Shown: in pieces, positions 30,389-32,000 of the stretch
Layout of the letters: each line of letters starts with the position of its first letter
Numbering within the stretch: the first letter of the stretch is position 1
Origin: Candidatus Methanophagaceae archaeon
Lineage (GTDB): Archaea; Halobacteriota; Syntropharchaeia; Alkanophagales; Methanospirareceae
NCBI GenBank assembly: GCA_003194425.1
Contig: PQXB01000001.1
Location: 940,444-972,443 of the forward strand
Reading direction: 5' to 3'
DNA length: 32,000 nucleotides
Notes under the pieces: generated by a model
Database searches by the model: none
Told to the model about the DNA's origin: nothing
What the model saw: the letters and a program-made list of their open reading frames with translations, nothing else
Position numbers and translations under genes: made by a program

Positions 30389-31549
30389 ATGATGATAAAT
30401 TATTTTAAGCCAATGACGAAAAAAATACTCGAAATAAAAGCCTGGAAAGAGCTTTTAGACCTTAATATGCAGGTTTACCTCTTAACAATTCTATTCTGCA
30501 TAATTATTACAAAATCTTATAATTATGGCGTAGCAGCAGAAATAACAATACTAATAAGCCTTTTATCATTATATTTGGTCTACACATTCCTCGTTAATGA
30601 TTACTGCGACATGCCCTTTGACATAAAAGCAGGGAAAAAAAGGGCGATTCACGAAATGCCAAAAATCGTACCTCTTGGAATGCTCATTTTTTTCGTCTTC
30701 TTGAGCGTTATTTTGACCCTGCTTCTGATTTTTTGGAACTCTGAACCTCTCTCAGAAGGTCTCTCAGAAGGTCTCTCAGAAGGTCTCTCAGAAGGTCTCT
30801 CAGAAGGTCTCTCAGAAGGTCTCTCAAAATATGGAATCTTCGTCCTCCTTTACGGTACCGCTTACTTCCTCGCTACAGTCTACTCCGCGTTTCCTGTAAG
30901 GCTGAAGAGCAGGGGCTCGCTTGGCATAATCGACGATGTCTTGATAGAAAAGACGCTCCCTGTCCTACTAATCTTTTCGTTCTTCGAGTATTACAATCTC
31001 GAAACGCTCCTTTTAGTCGTTCTTTTCTCGCTGCTGCAGCTGAAGATAATTGTAGAACATCAGATCTTGGACTACGAGGCGGACTTAAAGACTGAAGTTC
31101 ATACCTTCGTCGTTAAAGTGGGCGTCAAAAAGGCATCGTCTCTTTTAAATGCAGTCCGTGTCTTCGTGCTACTTTTTTTCATCCTCTTTGCAATAACGCT
31201 CCTGCTAAAAATCCCTTTTTCTGTGATAATCTTAGCCCCCCTTTTCATAGGCTATTTCGTAATGAAAAAACTTGTCGCAGAGGGGAAAGTCGAGAAGAAG
31301 GCGGCGCGTCAGGATTTAAATGTTCCGAAGGAATGGATTGACCGTGTGCCGCTCTATGATGGCTACATCGTCTCGAGTATGAATATTGTCTCGCTGTTTC
31401 TGGCTCTTTTCCTCGCGTTTAAGTCTTATCCTTTTACGGCTTACGGCTCTGCACTGCCCGCCTTTTTAATCGCCCTCGTCTTAATATCGCAGTACTACCT
31501 TATCAGAAATATTTACATACCCTTAACAAAAACCGTTATTTCCTGTTAG
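30389..31549 (+). CDS. UbiA-superfamily prenyltransferase-like membrane protein
   Basis: The protein is polytopic and hydrophobic. The first Asp-rich motif is NDYCDMPFD (NDxxDxxxD) and the second is DYEAD (DxxxD). The gene is AT-rich. Confidence 0.65.
   Translation: MMINYFKPMTKKILEIKAWKELLDLNMQVYLLTILFCIIITKSYNYGVAAEITILISLLSLYLVYTFLVNDYCDMPFDIKAGKKRAIHEMPKIVPLGMLIFFVFLSVILTLLLIFWNSEPLSEGLSEGLSEGLSEGLSEGLSEGLSKYGIFVLLYGTAYFLATVYSAFPVRLKSRGSLGIIDDVLIEKTLPVLLIFSFFEYYNLETLLLVVLFSLLQLKIIVEHQILDYEADLKTEVHTFVVKVGVKKASSLLNAVRVFVLLFFILFAITLLLKIPFSVIILAPLFIGYFVMKKLVAEGKVEKKAARQDLNVPKEWIDRVPLYDGYIVSSMNIVSLFLALFLAFKSYPFTAYGSALPAFLIALVLISQYYLIRNIYIPLTKTVISC
30749..30827 (+). repeat. 12-bp x6.5 perfect in-frame tandem repeat (CTCTCAGAAGGT) encoding LSEG x6 in the UbiA-like protein
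   Basis: Six identical copies span 30749-30820, followed by a partial copy (CTCTCAAA). Confidence 0.95.
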
Positions 31550-32000
31550 ATAATTTTGTAAAAATATCTGAACTTTCTCCTCGTCAGTCCTCAAACTCGG
31601 AAACCAAAACAACGTTCTCTCTTTGTAGTTACAGCCAACTGTTGCAACCTCAGGATTGTCATTTAATTGCCCCAGTACCTTGTAGCCCTCTTTTTCGTAA
31701 TCAAAAGAGGGAAGATATAGAATCTCATCGCCCCTTATTTCCCTGCTTTCTATCCCTTTCAATAATGCATCTCCTTTGGCAAAATGCCAGGAGGATTTGT
31801 CTCTCTCCTGCACCTCTACATTGGTGGTGACATTTAGAAGTCTCTTTAAGTAACTTGCATCTCTATTTCCATATTCATCAAACAAACCTGTCCTACCAAC
31901 AACAAATAAACCCCCTCCTCTCGCACGGTAATCGAGAAGGGCATTTAAAACTTTTTCATCCATTCTTCCGAGATTTACCAACGCTACCACCTTATAACTT
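31523..32000 (-). CDS. Hypothetical protein, C-terminal part (possibly a GATase1-like or beta-galactosidase-trimerisation-like fold); the gene runs off the window end
   Basis: The frame stays open to the window edge: there is no stop upstream of the GTG at 31990. The pattern VVALVNLGRM...LLDYRARGGGLFVVG suggests the fold only weakly. Confidence 0.4.
   Translation of the reverse strand, partial: SYKVVALVNLGRMDEKVLNALLDYRARGGGLFVVGRTGLFDEYGNRDASYLKRLLNVTTNVEVQERDKSSWHFAKGDALLKGIESREIRGDEILYLPSFDYEKEGYKVLGQLNDNPEVATVGCNYKERTLFWFPSLRTDEEKVQIFLQNYLTGNNGFC

Noticed and set aside
185-30827. Whether any of the tandem-repeat arrays is a CRISPR array.
   Set aside because: All arrays are head-to-tail with no spacers, units are 6-25 bp, and no cas genes are present. 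This is not CRISPR.

Overview
This is a GC-rich archaeal chromosomal segment. Archaeal markers are RpoF/Rpo4, NMD3, two PurP, DUF655, an archaeal-type PGK, TrmI and DUF123. It is probably from a thermophilic euryarchaeon, because futalosine-type menaquinone genes and a CofH-like F420 gene occur together (Archaeoglobi-like; inference only). I support about 30 protein genes, one tRNA-Arg(CCG) and two gene remnants. Core content is an mqn cluster, a ferredoxin-AOR pair, purP x2, a CooT-like gene, ahcY, rpoF-DUF655, NMD3, an MFS transporter, gap-pgk, a HAD/PurM-like/CofH-like trio, ilvBN, purL and trmI. Two things stand out. (1) More than 20 short perfect or near-perfect tandem repeats (TRs) lie in 32 kb. 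All 14 that lie clearly inside genes have unit lengths divisible by 3 (9, 12, 15 or 21 bp). They insert low-complexity peptides (GLGEA, GTAE, AGTRA, QEQK, LSEG, EGQGEKR, SSASSFT, poly-G and others) into otherwise conserved housekeeping proteins. Most intergenic TRs (10, 16 or 25 bp) sit on promoters, start codons or stop codons. This resembles the tandem-repeat phenomenon described for Borg elements of Methanoperedens, but here it is in a GC-rich core chromosome. (2) Four visibly AT-rich cassettes interrupt the GC-rich core. Hand-counted 60-nt samples gave about one third G+C in the first cassette and 38% in the second, versus about 55-70% in two core genes. Two cassettes carry orphan beta-class DNA methyltransferases that bracket ilvBN. 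One carries a frameshifted surface-protein remnant abutting a truncated radical-SAM-like gene. One carries a UbiA-like prenyltransferase. No CRISPR array, transposase or integrase was recognised. All family calls rest on motif recognition by eye, not database searches.
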